Made by a program: the position numbers and the translations under genes
NCBI GenBank assembly: GCA_034669905.1
Contig: JAXMOL010000005.1
Location: forward strand, 32,001-96,000
Reading direction: 5' to 3'
DNA from: Candidatus Hydrogenedentota bacterium
Lineage (GTDB): Bacteria > Hydrogenedentota > Hydrogenedentia > Hydrogenedentales > JAEUWI01
DNA: 64,000 nt
Part shown: positions 11,001-19,847 of the stretch, piece after piece
How positions within the stretch are numbered: the stretch's first letter is position 1
Layout: every line of letters starts with the position of its first letter
The notes under the pieces: generated by a model
Seen by the model: only the letters and a program-made list of their open reading frames with translations
Databases searched by the model: none
What the model was told of the DNA's origin: nothing

Positions 11001-12870
11001 GGAGCGCCGGTTGGCTGAGCAAGGCACCCGGCTGTCCGAGATTGAGATGGACGGCCAATGCAGGAATGGTGGCATTTACCCTGTCACCTGCCGCCCCGAC
11101 TTCTTCAAAAAAGGCCGCCGCGCCGCCGTCATCGAGGCGAATACGGGGAAAGGCCCGGGCCAGCGCATCGACATTCCCCCGGTAGAAGGGTTCGGGTGGA
11201 GCCACTACGTTTTCCACGACCAGCACATCGGTCGGCAGGGCCATGTCGGCCAATTCGCGGCGCTGAAGTGCCACGGCCTCCCGCAATTCATCCAGTGTAG
11301 CGGGACCGGCGGACTGCTGCTTTCGGCGCAAGTAGCGGGTATTTCCGGTGAGATCATAGAGACGGTTCAGGGGGGCCATCCCGGGGGCCATCAGATCCGT
11401 AACGATGCCGCCCATAGGCGTCATCCGCAGCAGCTGGGCGGTCTGGGGCGCAATGCCGGGCCGTTCCCAGGCCAGGTAGTGGGGCGTGGTGCTGTTGAGC
11501 TGACTGCCCGCCATGTGGAGGCCCAACTGGAGATTGCGCCACAGGGCCGTCCCCCCCACGATGCGCTCGTCGACGGGGGCGTAATTGCCCTGAACCGTAA
11601 CGGCACCCCGTTGGGCGGCATTCTCCAGGCTGTCGCGCAGGGCCGGCATCGCCACGTACGGCTTGTACCAGGACATGGCGTAGCCCAGGTCGAAGCCGTA
11701 ACCCAGGGCCTGGCGGGAAAAAAGGAGCTGCCGTTTAACGCTCTCAAGGTAGGCTTCGTCGGTGGGTGGCATGCCGTCGATGGCGCTCGTGTGGCCCGTG
11801 ATGACCCGGACGATTCCGTCCCCTTCGCCCCCTGCCGTAATGGGTACGGTCGCCGTGAAGCGGGAGCTATCCTCCCCACTGGCCAGGCGTACGGAAACTT
11901 CGATGGTGCTCCCCACCGTGGCCGAGCCGATCGGGAGCGCGATGGGGACCTGTCGCGTTTCACCGGCATCCAGGGCCTCGATTTCCACCAGGTCCGGCAG
12001 CGGCATTCCGGGTACGGCCACGATGGCTTCCACGGGTTCCGATATTTCTTCCAGGGGATTGTGGATCGTGAGAAGCACATCCTGCTTCAGATCGCCGGCA
12101 AAGCCCGAGACGGTACCGGCATCTTCCAGTTTCGGCACATAGAGCAACCGTCTCCCGATGGGCCGCGCATGATGCAGTTCCACAGACAAGGCGAAGCCGC
12201 TGGTCTTCCGCAAACGGGGCCGATTGGCCATGGCACCCGCCGTCAGCTGGGGCGTGCTGAGTCCCCGGGCCTGGGCCATGGCGTTGTAGTCCGCCCCGGG
12301 CACCTCGAAAACCACCAGGTTGTTTCCGGCGCGCAAGCCGATGGCGAGAAATTCTTTCCCGACGGCCTCCAGTGGTCCGGGTTCGTATTGCGATGCGGGA
12401 AAGCCGTTGGCCCAGACACGGACGCCAAGGGGCGACTCAATATCCAGGAGAATCTGGGTGAGTATGGGCGAGTCGACGTAGAACGCCGCATAGGCCACGC
12501 CGGAAATATCGTCGGGGAAAAAGGGGGCCAAGTCCAGCTCGGGACCGGTCGTGCCCGCCTCTTGCCAGATAGCATCGTCCCCATTGCTCCGGGGAATCCG
12601 CATGAGGTGCCGGGGGCGAATGCGGGCGATGGGGGCGTTGGGCGCCATGAAATCCGTGTCGCTCAAGGCCGGGGCATCATCACGAATGGCCGCGAGAACC
12701 CCACCGGGCACGTCGGGTTCAAAGGGCCCACAGACAAGCCAGTGGGCAATGTAGCCCCGCTCCAGGATGGGCGCGAGGCCCTCGTATTGTTCCTGGGCCG
12801 GAGTAGAGATAGGGGCCAGTATGGTGGCGAGTAGCAACACGAGAAGCGCTATGCGATGGGAGCCTTTCAC
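8059..12870 (-). CDS. About 1600 aa secreted GH38 (alpha-mannosidase)-like multidomain protein, metal ligands degenerate
   Basis: GTG at 12870 directly after the upstream stop gives a signal peptide; WLVCGPF jelly-roll segment; GH38-like VVFNP, DLPPYGYATY, IENEHL and FRYGIFPFQGDW segments. Confidence 0.7.
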   Translation of the reverse strand: MKGSHRIALLVLLLATILAPISTPAQEQYEGLAPILERGYIAHWLVCGPFEPDVPGGVLAAIRDDAPALSDTDFMAPNAPIARIRPRHLMRIPRSNGDDAIWQEAGTTGPELDLAPFFPDDISGVAYAAFYVDSPILTQILLDIESPLGVRVWANGFPASQYEPGPLEAVGKEFLAIGLRAGNNLVVFEVPGADYNAMAQARGLSTPQLTAGAMANRPRLRKTSGFALSVELHHARPIGRRLLYVPKLEDAGTVSGFAGDLKQDVLLTIHNPLEEISEPVEAIVAVPGMPLPDLVEIEALDAGETRQVPIALPIGSATVGSTIEVSVRLASGEDSSRFTATVPITAGGEGDGIVRVITGHTSAIDGMPPTDEAYLESVKRQLLFSRQALGYGFDLGYAMSWYKPYVAMPALRDSLENAAQRGAVTVQGNYAPVDERIVGGTALWRNLQLGLHMAGSQLNSTTPHYLAWERPGIAPQTAQLLRMTPMGGIVTDLMAPGMAPLNRLYDLTGNTRYLRRKQQSAGPATLDELREAVALQRRELADMALPTDVLVVENVVAPPEPFYRGNVDALARAFPRIRLDDGGAAAFFEEVGAAGDRVNATIPALAVHLNLGQPGALLSQPALQRLHSELARQLEDAESLATLASLQGAVYPHSAMEFAWRQLLYYSTPETLGVPRDDGHVLDALAAYREVAEWTDDSLRRSSEYLAGLVDTAGTVPLNQGLFDALVVFNPTGSRGTFPVSVQVPVAPNAGLKLVTEGEAPVPHVGEAYQGEQRLDFLAEDLPPYGYATYFVQAAERASRALVTEDMQIENEHLALFVDPATGAIRSLLDKRNGDEIASGPLNEILLLTERESENRAGQELWTGSPSGRSPAPSSIRAEVTAFRQRITVETPFGGGTLTQRYTLHAGIPWVECDTTLDRVSLSGKAAVASFQFRPDGASFLVGERFGTLVGARGQDDFVLRTRGGENVGGTVPYPAYEWAALSANDAIQVGSGGVVPWEPTIIVYGHELLERPARELQQALITRGIPSILQPDAPEKPDFLWTDSTTEQDSNDYLRAGYRMRVVLGTPDQNRFCGPLLAQLSEETLKEYVDRIPSGARLLMNDTRVPDGVAPVPTLLLGGLTPAQSADLADQLTRAVRTGQRYLLPPSAYVPPRIQPEASRGNALLFPGSLSVSQQKDGRLLLGLQHRTPLERNGGDGAELLDVSRFRYGIFPFQGDWRSAQVPEKAARFNVKPVVARTKMHPGDLPATQAFLEMSPAGLRVGGLKPAGFPTTTNTRTAFHPRDGYTLLAWEPTGARWSGTLQSSTGMLEAQGTDVLERPQTPWPVTGGGVSLEANGFQVLPLWFLPNVTKPLDGLARLGREAEPHGVLETRYWDERRGAAPVRKMPLGLLLRGTLSGDTPAIEVVVSNHTTDRTVEGTVNLEATSGLTFGPQRVYYSLGAGEQQVETIQLARTPGMEAEMAVVAETTFERQTYRDVLMTNEAPYVMETSRNGAQIRVSIRNNSSVYAKGYLDAIASPEHWGEGRDFPAVTVAPRRATVSVAPFKSQNIVFSLSDPDATFPVVMKLAANGLVEYQPVSGVSSVDVEAGTAADGATPPPPRARN

Positions 12871-12871
12871 G

Positions 12872-14026
12872 TCAGCGGGACTCCGTCGAAATTTGCTCGG
12901 CAGGCGCCGTTTCGGCCTTTGCCGCCCCGGCCGGGTAATACGTATGCATTCCGGTGAGGGGGCTGTAGGCACGGTTCGCCTGAAACTGGAGCACGAACAG
13001 AATAAGACACAGGATGGTGGTGAGCGCCACGGTGGGCCTCCCCCACGCTTCAAAGCGCATAAGCCAGGCACTCAGGGCGGCCAGGGCCACCCCACACAGC
13101 GCCAGCGGCAGGAAAAGCTGTCCCGCATTCTCCAGGGTCACATAGTCTATCGGAAGGGCCCCCGGGTAGACGCGGATGAACAACACGGCCAACACGGCGA
13201 ATCGGAAGGGAGCCGATTTCACCTTAAACAGCGCCCAGCCCAGCAGCGCCATCACCCCAATACCCCATGCCCACCCCTGCCAGGCGTGGGCCTCAACGTG
13301 GGCCACCGTTTCCGGCAACAATCCGATGGGATAGAACACGAGCAAGAGGGGTCCCACGATGGCATCAAGTGTCGGCAGCTGGGCGTAGAGAATATCCAGA
13401 TGGAACCAGTTCGCCACCATGGTCACCCCGAGGAATGGCAGCAGGCGCAGCCAATTGCGTTCCTCACTATCCCCGACGAAGAGTTCCATCAGAATAAGGA
13501 CGCCCAAGAGCGCAGCATTGACAGCAAAAACACCCGTTGCAATGGCAAAAGTCAGTAGGGCTATCGCGAAGGGAGCCACACCGCCGTCTTGCCGCACCCG
13601 GGCATACATCAGCAGGGTCAGCAACGCCATAAAGGTGGCCAGCCCATAGTATACGCCGGTGAGACTGAAAAGCGTCTCCGTCTTGACGGGATGGGCCATG
13701 AGGAAGGTGCCTGCCAGCGAGCCCAACCACGGAGGACCACCCACGAGTCTTCGGGTAAGCAGAAACACCAGTGCCATACAGCCGAACAAGATGGGTAAGG
13801 CGAAACCTGCCACCTCGATAATCGGGCTGCGCGCAAATGCGTCGGACCACATGGCGAGCCATGGCCAGGCGGCCGGATAGTCAAAATCCCGAGTGGTCAT
13901 GCCCCCATTGGGAAGCATGATAAGACTCGATCCGTAGACCAGGATTAGATAGAAGGTCATGGTGACGAAAAAAAATCCGGCACCGGGCTTCTTGCGGGGG
14001 GGCTTGCTGTCGTTTGTATCATCCAT
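12872..14026 (-). CDS. Polytopic membrane protein, GT-C/TMTC-like transmembrane region
   Basis: About 10 TM helices; FLMAHPVKTET resembles the HPxxxE motif of TMTC-like GT-C proteins; start MDDTNDS. Confidence 0.55.
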   Translation of the reverse strand: MDDTNDSKPPRKKPGAGFFFVTMTFYLILVYGSSLIMLPNGGMTTRDFDYPAAWPWLAMWSDAFARSPIIEVAGFALPILFGCMALVFLLTRRLVGGPPWLGSLAGTFLMAHPVKTETLFSLTGVYYGLATFMALLTLLMYARVRQDGGVAPFAIALLTFAIATGVFAVNAALLGVLILMELFVGDSEERNWLRLLPFLGVTMVANWFHLDILYAQLPTLDAIVGPLLLVFYPIGLLPETVAHVEAHAWQGWAWGIGVMALLGWALFKVKSAPFRFAVLAVLFIRVYPGALPIDYVTLENAGQLFLPLALCGVALAALSAWLMRFEAWGRPTVALTTILCLILFVLQFQANRAYSPLTGMHTYYPAGAAKAETAPAEQISTESR

Positions 14027-14326
14027 GATGGGCCAAGTATAGCCCTTTTCCGGGGAAAAACTACAACCAACGCGCGCAACACGCCCTGAAAATGCTCCCC
14101 GACAAACAAAGGAGAAGAAGGCCCTGGCGAGAGGCAGAGAATCGTGTGCTGCCCATGAAGCGCGGTGGGCCAGCGCCCGTTGATTCCAGGCGGACCTTTC
14201 GCCTGGACACGGGGCATGACGCGCTCGAACCTGGGGAGAAAATGCACGAACCGGAGTACCGGATCGCGCGGCACAGCCGGAGAATCTACATGAGTCGTTG
14301 GGGAGAGAGGGGTTGCGGCCTCCCCG

Positions 14327-14367
14327 AAACAAAGCCCCCTCATCGGGCACATGACCAATGAGGGGGC
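14327..14367 (-). terminator. Rho-independent terminator after the GE-repeat gene pair
   Basis: GCCCCCTCAT..ATGAGGGGGC stem followed by TTTGTTT on the minus strand. Confidence 0.7.
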
Positions 14368-14389
14368 GCGATTGCTATAGGGGCTGGTA

Positions 14390-16903
14390 TTAACGCTGGG
14401 GGCGCCGTCCGAACGCAACCAGGGTCAACAGCGTAAGACTGAAGAGGAAGAACTCTTCTACTTTGTCGGCCAGGGTCTGTGCAACGCCCTGTTTCGAGAG
14501 CGCGCAACCCGGCGTCGTTACTTCGACGCGGGCCTCAAGCTCTGCCTCCGACAGAAAGCCATCGCTGTTGGTGTCCAGCGCATCAAACTGGGTGGTTGTC
14601 ACTGCGGACAAGGACGCCATGGCCTCTGCCAATGACAGCTGCCCATCATTATCCACGTCCGCAACAGCGAACAGGTTCAAGAGCGCTTCGGCGGCGGCAT
14701 CCAGCGTCACTTCGCCTTCGCCTTCGCCTTCGCCTTCGCCTTCTCCTTCTCCTTCACCTTCACCTTCACCTTCACCTTCTTCTTCTCCTTCTCCTTCTCC
14801 TTCTCCTTCTCCTTCTCCTTCACCGCCGGGCGCACCATCGAAATAGACGCGATAGATATTCCCGTCGATGGTCGAATTGGCCGCAAAGTCTCCAACGCGA
14901 ATATAGACGTCCGACGTGAAAGCGTTTACAAAAGCCGTGTAATAAACACCGGTGGTGTCGGCGGGGTGCAAGGTTTCATACAACTCAAAGTTACCCACTT
15001 CCCCCCTTCCACGGAATCCGGTGTCGAAAATCTGCACGCCGTCATTCCCCGGATTGACGAATTGATAGGAATCGTTGTAACCTGCCAAGCCGCCCGTAAG
15101 AAAGGCCGTATCCGTATCCACCAGGGTTCCGTCCAGCTCCCACGCGAGCGTCCGGTTATTGTCGAAAGCACTCATAAGGTCGTTAACGGTAAAGGTACGC
15201 AACTCCGCCGTGTTGGCATCCATTGCATAAACGATTGACGTACGGCCCAGCACGCTCAGGAGGTTGGAGGAATAGCTGCCTGCCGGTTTTTGCACCACCA
15301 CGCTCTTGTCCTGGAGCGCATACTTCGCCGACTTGCGAACCACGGGGTGGACCGCCTGCTTCTGGGCGCTCAGATCCAAAATGCGCAATTCGCTGGCTTC
15401 ACCAAAGGCACCGACATCGAGGAGCACCAGGTTGGTGGTGAGGAAGGTCCCCGAAAAGTGACTGATGGATGCGACGAGTGCTTCTTCGGAATAGTCCACC
15501 GGATTGGCGGTGTCGAAAAGATAGAGGTTTCCACCGAAGCCTGCTCCGAGCAAGACATGCTGGTTATCCGGTGAAAGGGCCATGAATCCCGGGTCACCTG
15601 TGTAACCCGAAGCAATAACTTCGAAAACGCCCGACTCAGCGGCCGTTTCCTGGTAAATGGCATCGCCATTCCAGAGTAAGAGTCGCTGATCTGACAGTCC
15701 CAGACCGACCAGGCCAAACGCGTTGGCGGCTACCTCGGGAAAACCCTCCTGTAAGACAAGTTCCGTCGTGGAAACTTCCCCCTCACCTTCTCCCTCGCCT
15801 TCACCACCGCGCGTACCTCCTTCACCCTCTCCTTCACCCTCTCCTTCGCCTTCACCCTCCCCTTCGCCTTCGCCCCCTTCCTCCAAGATCACGCGATAGA
15901 CATCGCCATTGATGGTGGAATTAGCCGCAAAATCACCGACACGAAGATTGGCGGTATCCGTGACGCCATTAAAAATAACGCTGTAGTAAAGCCCTGTCCC
16001 TTCAGCCGGCTGGAGTGCCTCGATGAACTCCAAGTTAGAGCCACTACCCGTACGCTGTTTGCTCCGTGTTCTTCCCAGGCCATCGAAGGCATAGACATTT
16101 ACGGCATCATTACCCGGATTGTAGAGGGTGCCGTCATCCGCGACGCCCGCTACGCCCCCGGTAAGCACGGCTTCATCGGCACTAACGGGAGTTCCGGCCG
16201 TCCAGACCAGCGTGCTGTTGGTGCTGTAGGCCGTGATGAAATCGCTCGGCAGGAAAGCACGCAATTCGGCCGTGTTAGCATCCATCACCAGAATATAGTC
16301 CGTGCTTCCGGGCGCGTAGCCCAAGGTGGCCGAGTAACTGCCCTCCGGTTTCACCAACACGGTCGCTTTGTCCACCGTGGGCTTCTTTAACACGGATACC
16401 GGACGGGCCTTGTTGGCGCTCAGGTCGAGGACCACCAATTCACTGGGTTCGCCAAACACCCCCACATCCAGCAGGACCAAGTCATTGTTCAAATACAACC
16501 CATCGAAGTGCCCCATGGTGGCCACCAGCGCGGAGGCTTCATAGTCAATCGGCGTGTGGGTATCAAGCACATAGAGATTGCCACTGAAACCCGCGCCAAG
16601 CAGGGCAAAGCGCCCGCCCGGTGCCATGGCGATGAAGGCCGGGTCTCCCACGTAGCCCGTGGCGATCGCATCGAAACTATCGGCATCCACCTCAGACTGA
16701 AGGTAAACCGTGTTGCCATTCCAGACGAGGAGACGTCCATCGGGCAAGGCATCACCAACCACGCCGAAAGCATTCGCATCGGCCTGTGGAAAGTTCTCAT
16801 ATTGCACGAAGGTGGCCGTCATTGCAGGGACCGCCCCCAGCAAACAGAGCCATACACACGCCCACCGTAATCCCGTTGTGATTTTCACGAACACATTCTC
16901 CAT
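14390..16903 (-). CDS. Cell-surface protein 2: signal peptide, two copies of a ~330 aa beta-rich domain, poly-GE linkers, EF-hand pair, GC/TM C-terminal anchor
   Basis: Internal duplication (NAFG..G..L.D.RLL.WNG...GY.GDP.F...YRV); DVDNDGQLSLAE and DTNSDGFLSEAE; PGC..hydrophobic helix..RR. Confidence 0.85.
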   Translation of the reverse strand: MENVFVKITTGLRWACVWLCLLGAVPAMTATFVQYENFPQADANAFGVVGDALPDGRLLVWNGNTVYLQSEVDADSFDAIATGYVGDPAFIAMAPGGRFALLGAGFSGNLYVLDTHTPIDYEASALVATMGHFDGLYLNNDLVLLDVGVFGEPSELVVLDLSANKARPVSVLKKPTVDKATVLVKPEGSYSATLGYAPGSTDYILVMDANTAELRAFLPSDFITAYSTNSTLVWTAGTPVSADEAVLTGGVAGVADDGTLYNPGNDAVNVYAFDGLGRTRSKQRTGSGSNLEFIEALQPAEGTGLYYSVIFNGVTDTANLRVGDFAANSTINGDVYRVILEEGGEGEGEGEGEGEGEGEGEGGTRGGEGEGEGEGEVSTTELVLQEGFPEVAANAFGLVGLGLSDQRLLLWNGDAIYQETAAESGVFEVIASGYTGDPGFMALSPDNQHVLLGAGFGGNLYLFDTANPVDYSEEALVASISHFSGTFLTTNLVLLDVGAFGEASELRILDLSAQKQAVHPVVRKSAKYALQDKSVVVQKPAGSYSSNLLSVLGRTSIVYAMDANTAELRTFTVNDLMSAFDNNRTLAWELDGTLVDTDTAFLTGGLAGYNDSYQFVNPGNDGVQIFDTGFRGRGEVGNFELYETLHPADTTGVYYTAFVNAFTSDVYIRVGDFAANSTIDGNIYRVYFDGAPGGEGEGEGEGEGEGEEEGEGEGEGEGEGEGEGEGEGEGEVTLDAAAEALLNLFAVADVDNDGQLSLAEAMASLSAVTTTQFDALDTNSDGFLSEAELEARVEVTTPGCALSKQGVAQTLADKVEEFFLFSLTLLTLVAFGRRPQR
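14711..14824 (-). repeat. Coding hexamer tandem repeat (Gly-Glu)n
   Basis: TTCGCC/TTCTCC/TTCACC arrays on the plus strand. Confidence 0.95.
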
Positions 16904-16958
16904 ATGATGCTACTGCGCGACCCTGATTTCAGGGTCGCGCTTACCTATCCATCAAGGG

Positions 16959-19472
16959 CTACTGGGCACCCCGGTTCCGAATCGTCACTAAGGTCAATAG
17001 GGTCAGCCCGAACAGGAAGAGCTCTTCCAGGGACACGCCAAGGGATTTTGCGCTCAGCGAACACCCTGGCAGGGGTTCAGCGACCTGGGCTTCCAGTTCC
17101 GCTTGCGTGAGAAAGCCATCGCTGTCTTGGTCGAGGGCGTCAAACTGGGTCGCCGTAATCCCAGACAGGGTGGCCATGGCTTCCACCAACGAGAGCCGCC
17201 CATCGCTATCCACGTCCGCACTGGCGAAGCCACCCAGCAGGGTCTCGGCGGCGACTTCCAAGGTTACTTCACCTTCACCTTCACCTTCACCTTCACCTTC
17301 ACCTTCACCTTCACCTTCACCTTCACCTTCTCCTTCTCCTTCTCCTTCTCCTTCTCCTTCTCCTTCTCCTTCTCCTTCTCCTTCGCCTTCACCTTCACCT
17401 TCACCTTCACCTTCGCCTTCACCTTCACCTTCACCCTCGCCACCCGGCATAGAGGAGATGCTTACCCGGTACACATCGCCGTCGATGGTGGAGCCCGGTG
17501 TAAAATCGGCGACGCGCAGGTAAACTTCATTGGTCACAGCATTGTGTATGGCAGAATAGTAGACACCACTTGCCTCGACGGGCTGAAGGGCAATCAGGAA
17601 CTCAAACTCTTCGTCCAGAAAAAGCGTGTTCCGGCTGAGGTATCCGCCATCGTAGACGTGCGCCGCGCCACTGCCCGGGTTGACGAAATAGTACTGATCC
17701 GTTACTGCCGCGACTCCGCCCGCGAGGAAGGGCTCGTCCGCGGTATGGAGGGTGCCGGCCGTTTCCCAGGCCAGGGTACGATTCTCATTGAAGGCCTCGA
17801 GCACATCTTCGCTTCTAAATGACCGGAGTTCACCCGTGTTGGCATCCATAGACAAAATGCGTTGGGAACCCAGCCCGACCTCAGACACGAACAGGTTGGC
17901 CGAATAACTACCAGCCGGTTTCTGCACGACTTGGGCTTTTTCGTCCAAGGCATATTTCGCTGATTTACTGACCACCGGGCGGCCGAGGGACTTCGTGGCA
18001 TTCAGATCGAGCATATGAAGTTCACTGGCTTCGCCAAAGCTGCCCACGTCGAGCAATAGAATGGCTCCCCCCATATAGGCCCCGGTAAAGTGACTGATGT
18101 TGGCAATCAAGGTCTCTTCGGTGTAGTCCGCAAAATTGTCCGTATCAATTTCATAGAGATTCCCACCAAACCCGGCGCCAAGCATGGCGTGCTTGTTATC
18201 AGGGGACATGGCAATAAAGGCGGGATCACCAATATAGCCGGTGGCCACCATCTCAAAGCTTCCTTTTTGATCCTGAATTTCGCGGTAAATGCTCTCACCG
18301 TCCCATACCAGCAACTGTCCGCCGGGCAGCGCCGTGCCCACCACACCGAAGGCGTTTTCTGCCGCAGCCGGGAATCCCGTGATCGGGGTGTATTCCGCGG
18401 AGTAAATGAGCGTTTCTCCTTCGCCTTCGCCTTCTCCCTCACCTTCTCCCTCTGCGCCGGACTCCTGAACCACGCGGTACACGTCCCCATTGATAGCGGA
18501 GCCCGCCGCGAAGTCGCCCACGCGAATATTGGTCGTATCGGTCGTCTCGTTGTAGATGACGGTGTAGTAGAGTCCCGTACCGCTCGCCGGTTGCAAGGTT
18601 TCTACCAGGGGCAGGGAGTCGACCCCGTCCCGGCGATTGGTGGTCCGGAGCTTGGAGTTGCTGTAATCGAATACCTTCACGGCGTCCGAACCCGGGTTAA
18701 GAAATTGGAGATCGGCATTCACACCGGCGATTCCACCGGTCAGCAGGGACTCATCGGTCATCACTTCTGCCGCCGATTCCCACGCGAGGGGCGTCGACGT
18801 CTCGTAGGCATTCAGGAGGGCCTCCAGCTCGATGGCCCGGAGCTCGCCCGTGTTTCCGTCCATGGCAAAGAGGAATTCCGGCGAATCAAAAAGGAGCGAC
18901 AGCGTGGAAGAATAACTACCGGCGGGCTTTTCAAGCACCGTCACTTTCGCAGCGGGAGCCGGCTTCTTCAAAACGGTCACCGGAAGAGACTTCGTTTGCG
19001 CCAGGTCGAATATCACCAGTTCGCTGGGTTCACCGAAGACACCGGCGTCCAGGAGGACGAGGTCGTTATTCAGGTAGAGCCCATCAAAGTGGCTCATGGT
19101 GGCCACCAGGGCAGAGGCCTCATAGTCTGCCGGGGTGTGAATATCGAAGAGATAGAGATTGCCGCTGAATCCTGCGCCCAACAAGGCAAAGCGACCGCCG
19201 GGAGCAATGGCCATGAAGGCGGGATCGCCCACATAACCGGTAGCAATCGCGGTAAAACTATCTTCGTCTACACCCGACTGAAGGTAAAGGGTGTTGCCGT
19301 TCCAGACGAGCAGGCGCCCATCGGGCAGCCCTTCGCCCACCACGCCGAAGGCATTGGAGTCGGCCTGGGGAAAGTTCTCATACTTCAGGAACTCCGCGGC
19401 CGATAAGGTGGCGCAAAGGACCAGGAAAAGTCCGGTAACGATGCAACGCGTGCGCAGAAATGGGTACAGCAT
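16959..19472 (-). CDS. Cell-surface protein 1, paralog of 14390-16903 with the same architecture
   Basis: Start MLYPFLR after CGGAG; same duplicated domain, GE linkers, EF-hands and PGC..TM..RNR tail. Confidence 0.85.
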   Translation of the reverse strand: MLYPFLRTRCIVTGLFLVLCATLSAAEFLKYENFPQADSNAFGVVGEGLPDGRLLVWNGNTLYLQSGVDEDSFTAIATGYVGDPAFMAIAPGGRFALLGAGFSGNLYLFDIHTPADYEASALVATMSHFDGLYLNNDLVLLDAGVFGEPSELVIFDLAQTKSLPVTVLKKPAPAAKVTVLEKPAGSYSSTLSLLFDSPEFLFAMDGNTGELRAIELEALLNAYETSTPLAWESAAEVMTDESLLTGGIAGVNADLQFLNPGSDAVKVFDYSNSKLRTTNRRDGVDSLPLVETLQPASGTGLYYTVIYNETTDTTNIRVGDFAAGSAINGDVYRVVQESGAEGEGEGEGEGEGETLIYSAEYTPITGFPAAAENAFGVVGTALPGGQLLVWDGESIYREIQDQKGSFEMVATGYIGDPAFIAMSPDNKHAMLGAGFGGNLYEIDTDNFADYTEETLIANISHFTGAYMGGAILLLDVGSFGEASELHMLDLNATKSLGRPVVSKSAKYALDEKAQVVQKPAGSYSANLFVSEVGLGSQRILSMDANTGELRSFRSEDVLEAFNENRTLAWETAGTLHTADEPFLAGGVAAVTDQYYFVNPGSGAAHVYDGGYLSRNTLFLDEEFEFLIALQPVEASGVYYSAIHNAVTNEVYLRVADFTPGSTIDGDVYRVSISSMPGGEGEGEGEGEGEGEGEGEGEGEGEGEGEGEGEGEGEGEGEGEGEGEGEGEGEGEGEGEVTLEVAAETLLGGFASADVDSDGRLSLVEAMATLSGITATQFDALDQDSDGFLTQAELEAQVAEPLPGCSLSAKSLGVSLEELFLFGLTLLTLVTIRNRGAQ
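17268..17441 (-). repeat. Coding hexamer tandem repeat, about 29 Gly-Glu units
   Basis: 174 nt of TTCACC/TTCTCC/TTCGCC blocks. Confidence 0.95.
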
Positions 19473-19671
19473 AATTCTCAACTCCGTTCGTACTATCTTC
19501 GAACATCGTCCAGCCCGATAGCTCTCGAGCCTTGGATTCCCCGGGGATAACACCGATCGATTGGGTACATCACACCTGTACCCGTGGTGTGGGAGTGTAA
19601 AAAGGAGCAGGTTGCTCTAGGGTGCCGCCTGTCCCGCAACGATTTTCCCGCGAATCATTGCAAAACATGCC

Positions 19672-19832
19672 TTGCAGGACAGATATTCTGGCTTCCGGAT
19701 CGGCCTACTGACCGCGCCTTCCCTTCCCTGGGGGAAAGTGGCTCTTGCGGTGTTCGTCCCCGGTTACAGCAGCGCGACTGCGACGGATTTGCACCGTCTT
19801 CCCTGTATCTGCGAGGTAAAACCAGCCCAAGC
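19672..19832 (-). ncRNA. Cobalamin (B12) riboswitch
   Basis: Minus strand reads AGGGAAGACGGTGCAAATCCGTCGCAGTCGCGCTGCTGTAACCGGGGACG...GCCACT...GGGAAGGCG...GATCCGGAAGCCAGAATATCTGTCC, matching the conserved core and B12 box. Confidence 0.92.
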
Positions 19833-19847
19833 TGGTGTGTTCCGAGA

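Noticed and set aside
10432..12834. 800 aa plus-strand ORF
   Set aside because: Antisense shadow of the GH38-like gene; typical of high-GC codon bias, no motifs
12871..13071. N-terminal extension of the 1670 aa ORF
   Set aside because: Overlaps the upstream gene; GTG at 12870 gives a clean signal peptide
14140..14290. Possible 6S RNA
   Set aside because: Only short motif resemblances; I could not build the long closing stem
17103..17822. ORFs with FTFT/SPSP repeats; possible CRISPR or telomere-like array
   Set aside because: Alternative frames of the coding GE hexamer repeat; no spacers and no cas genes
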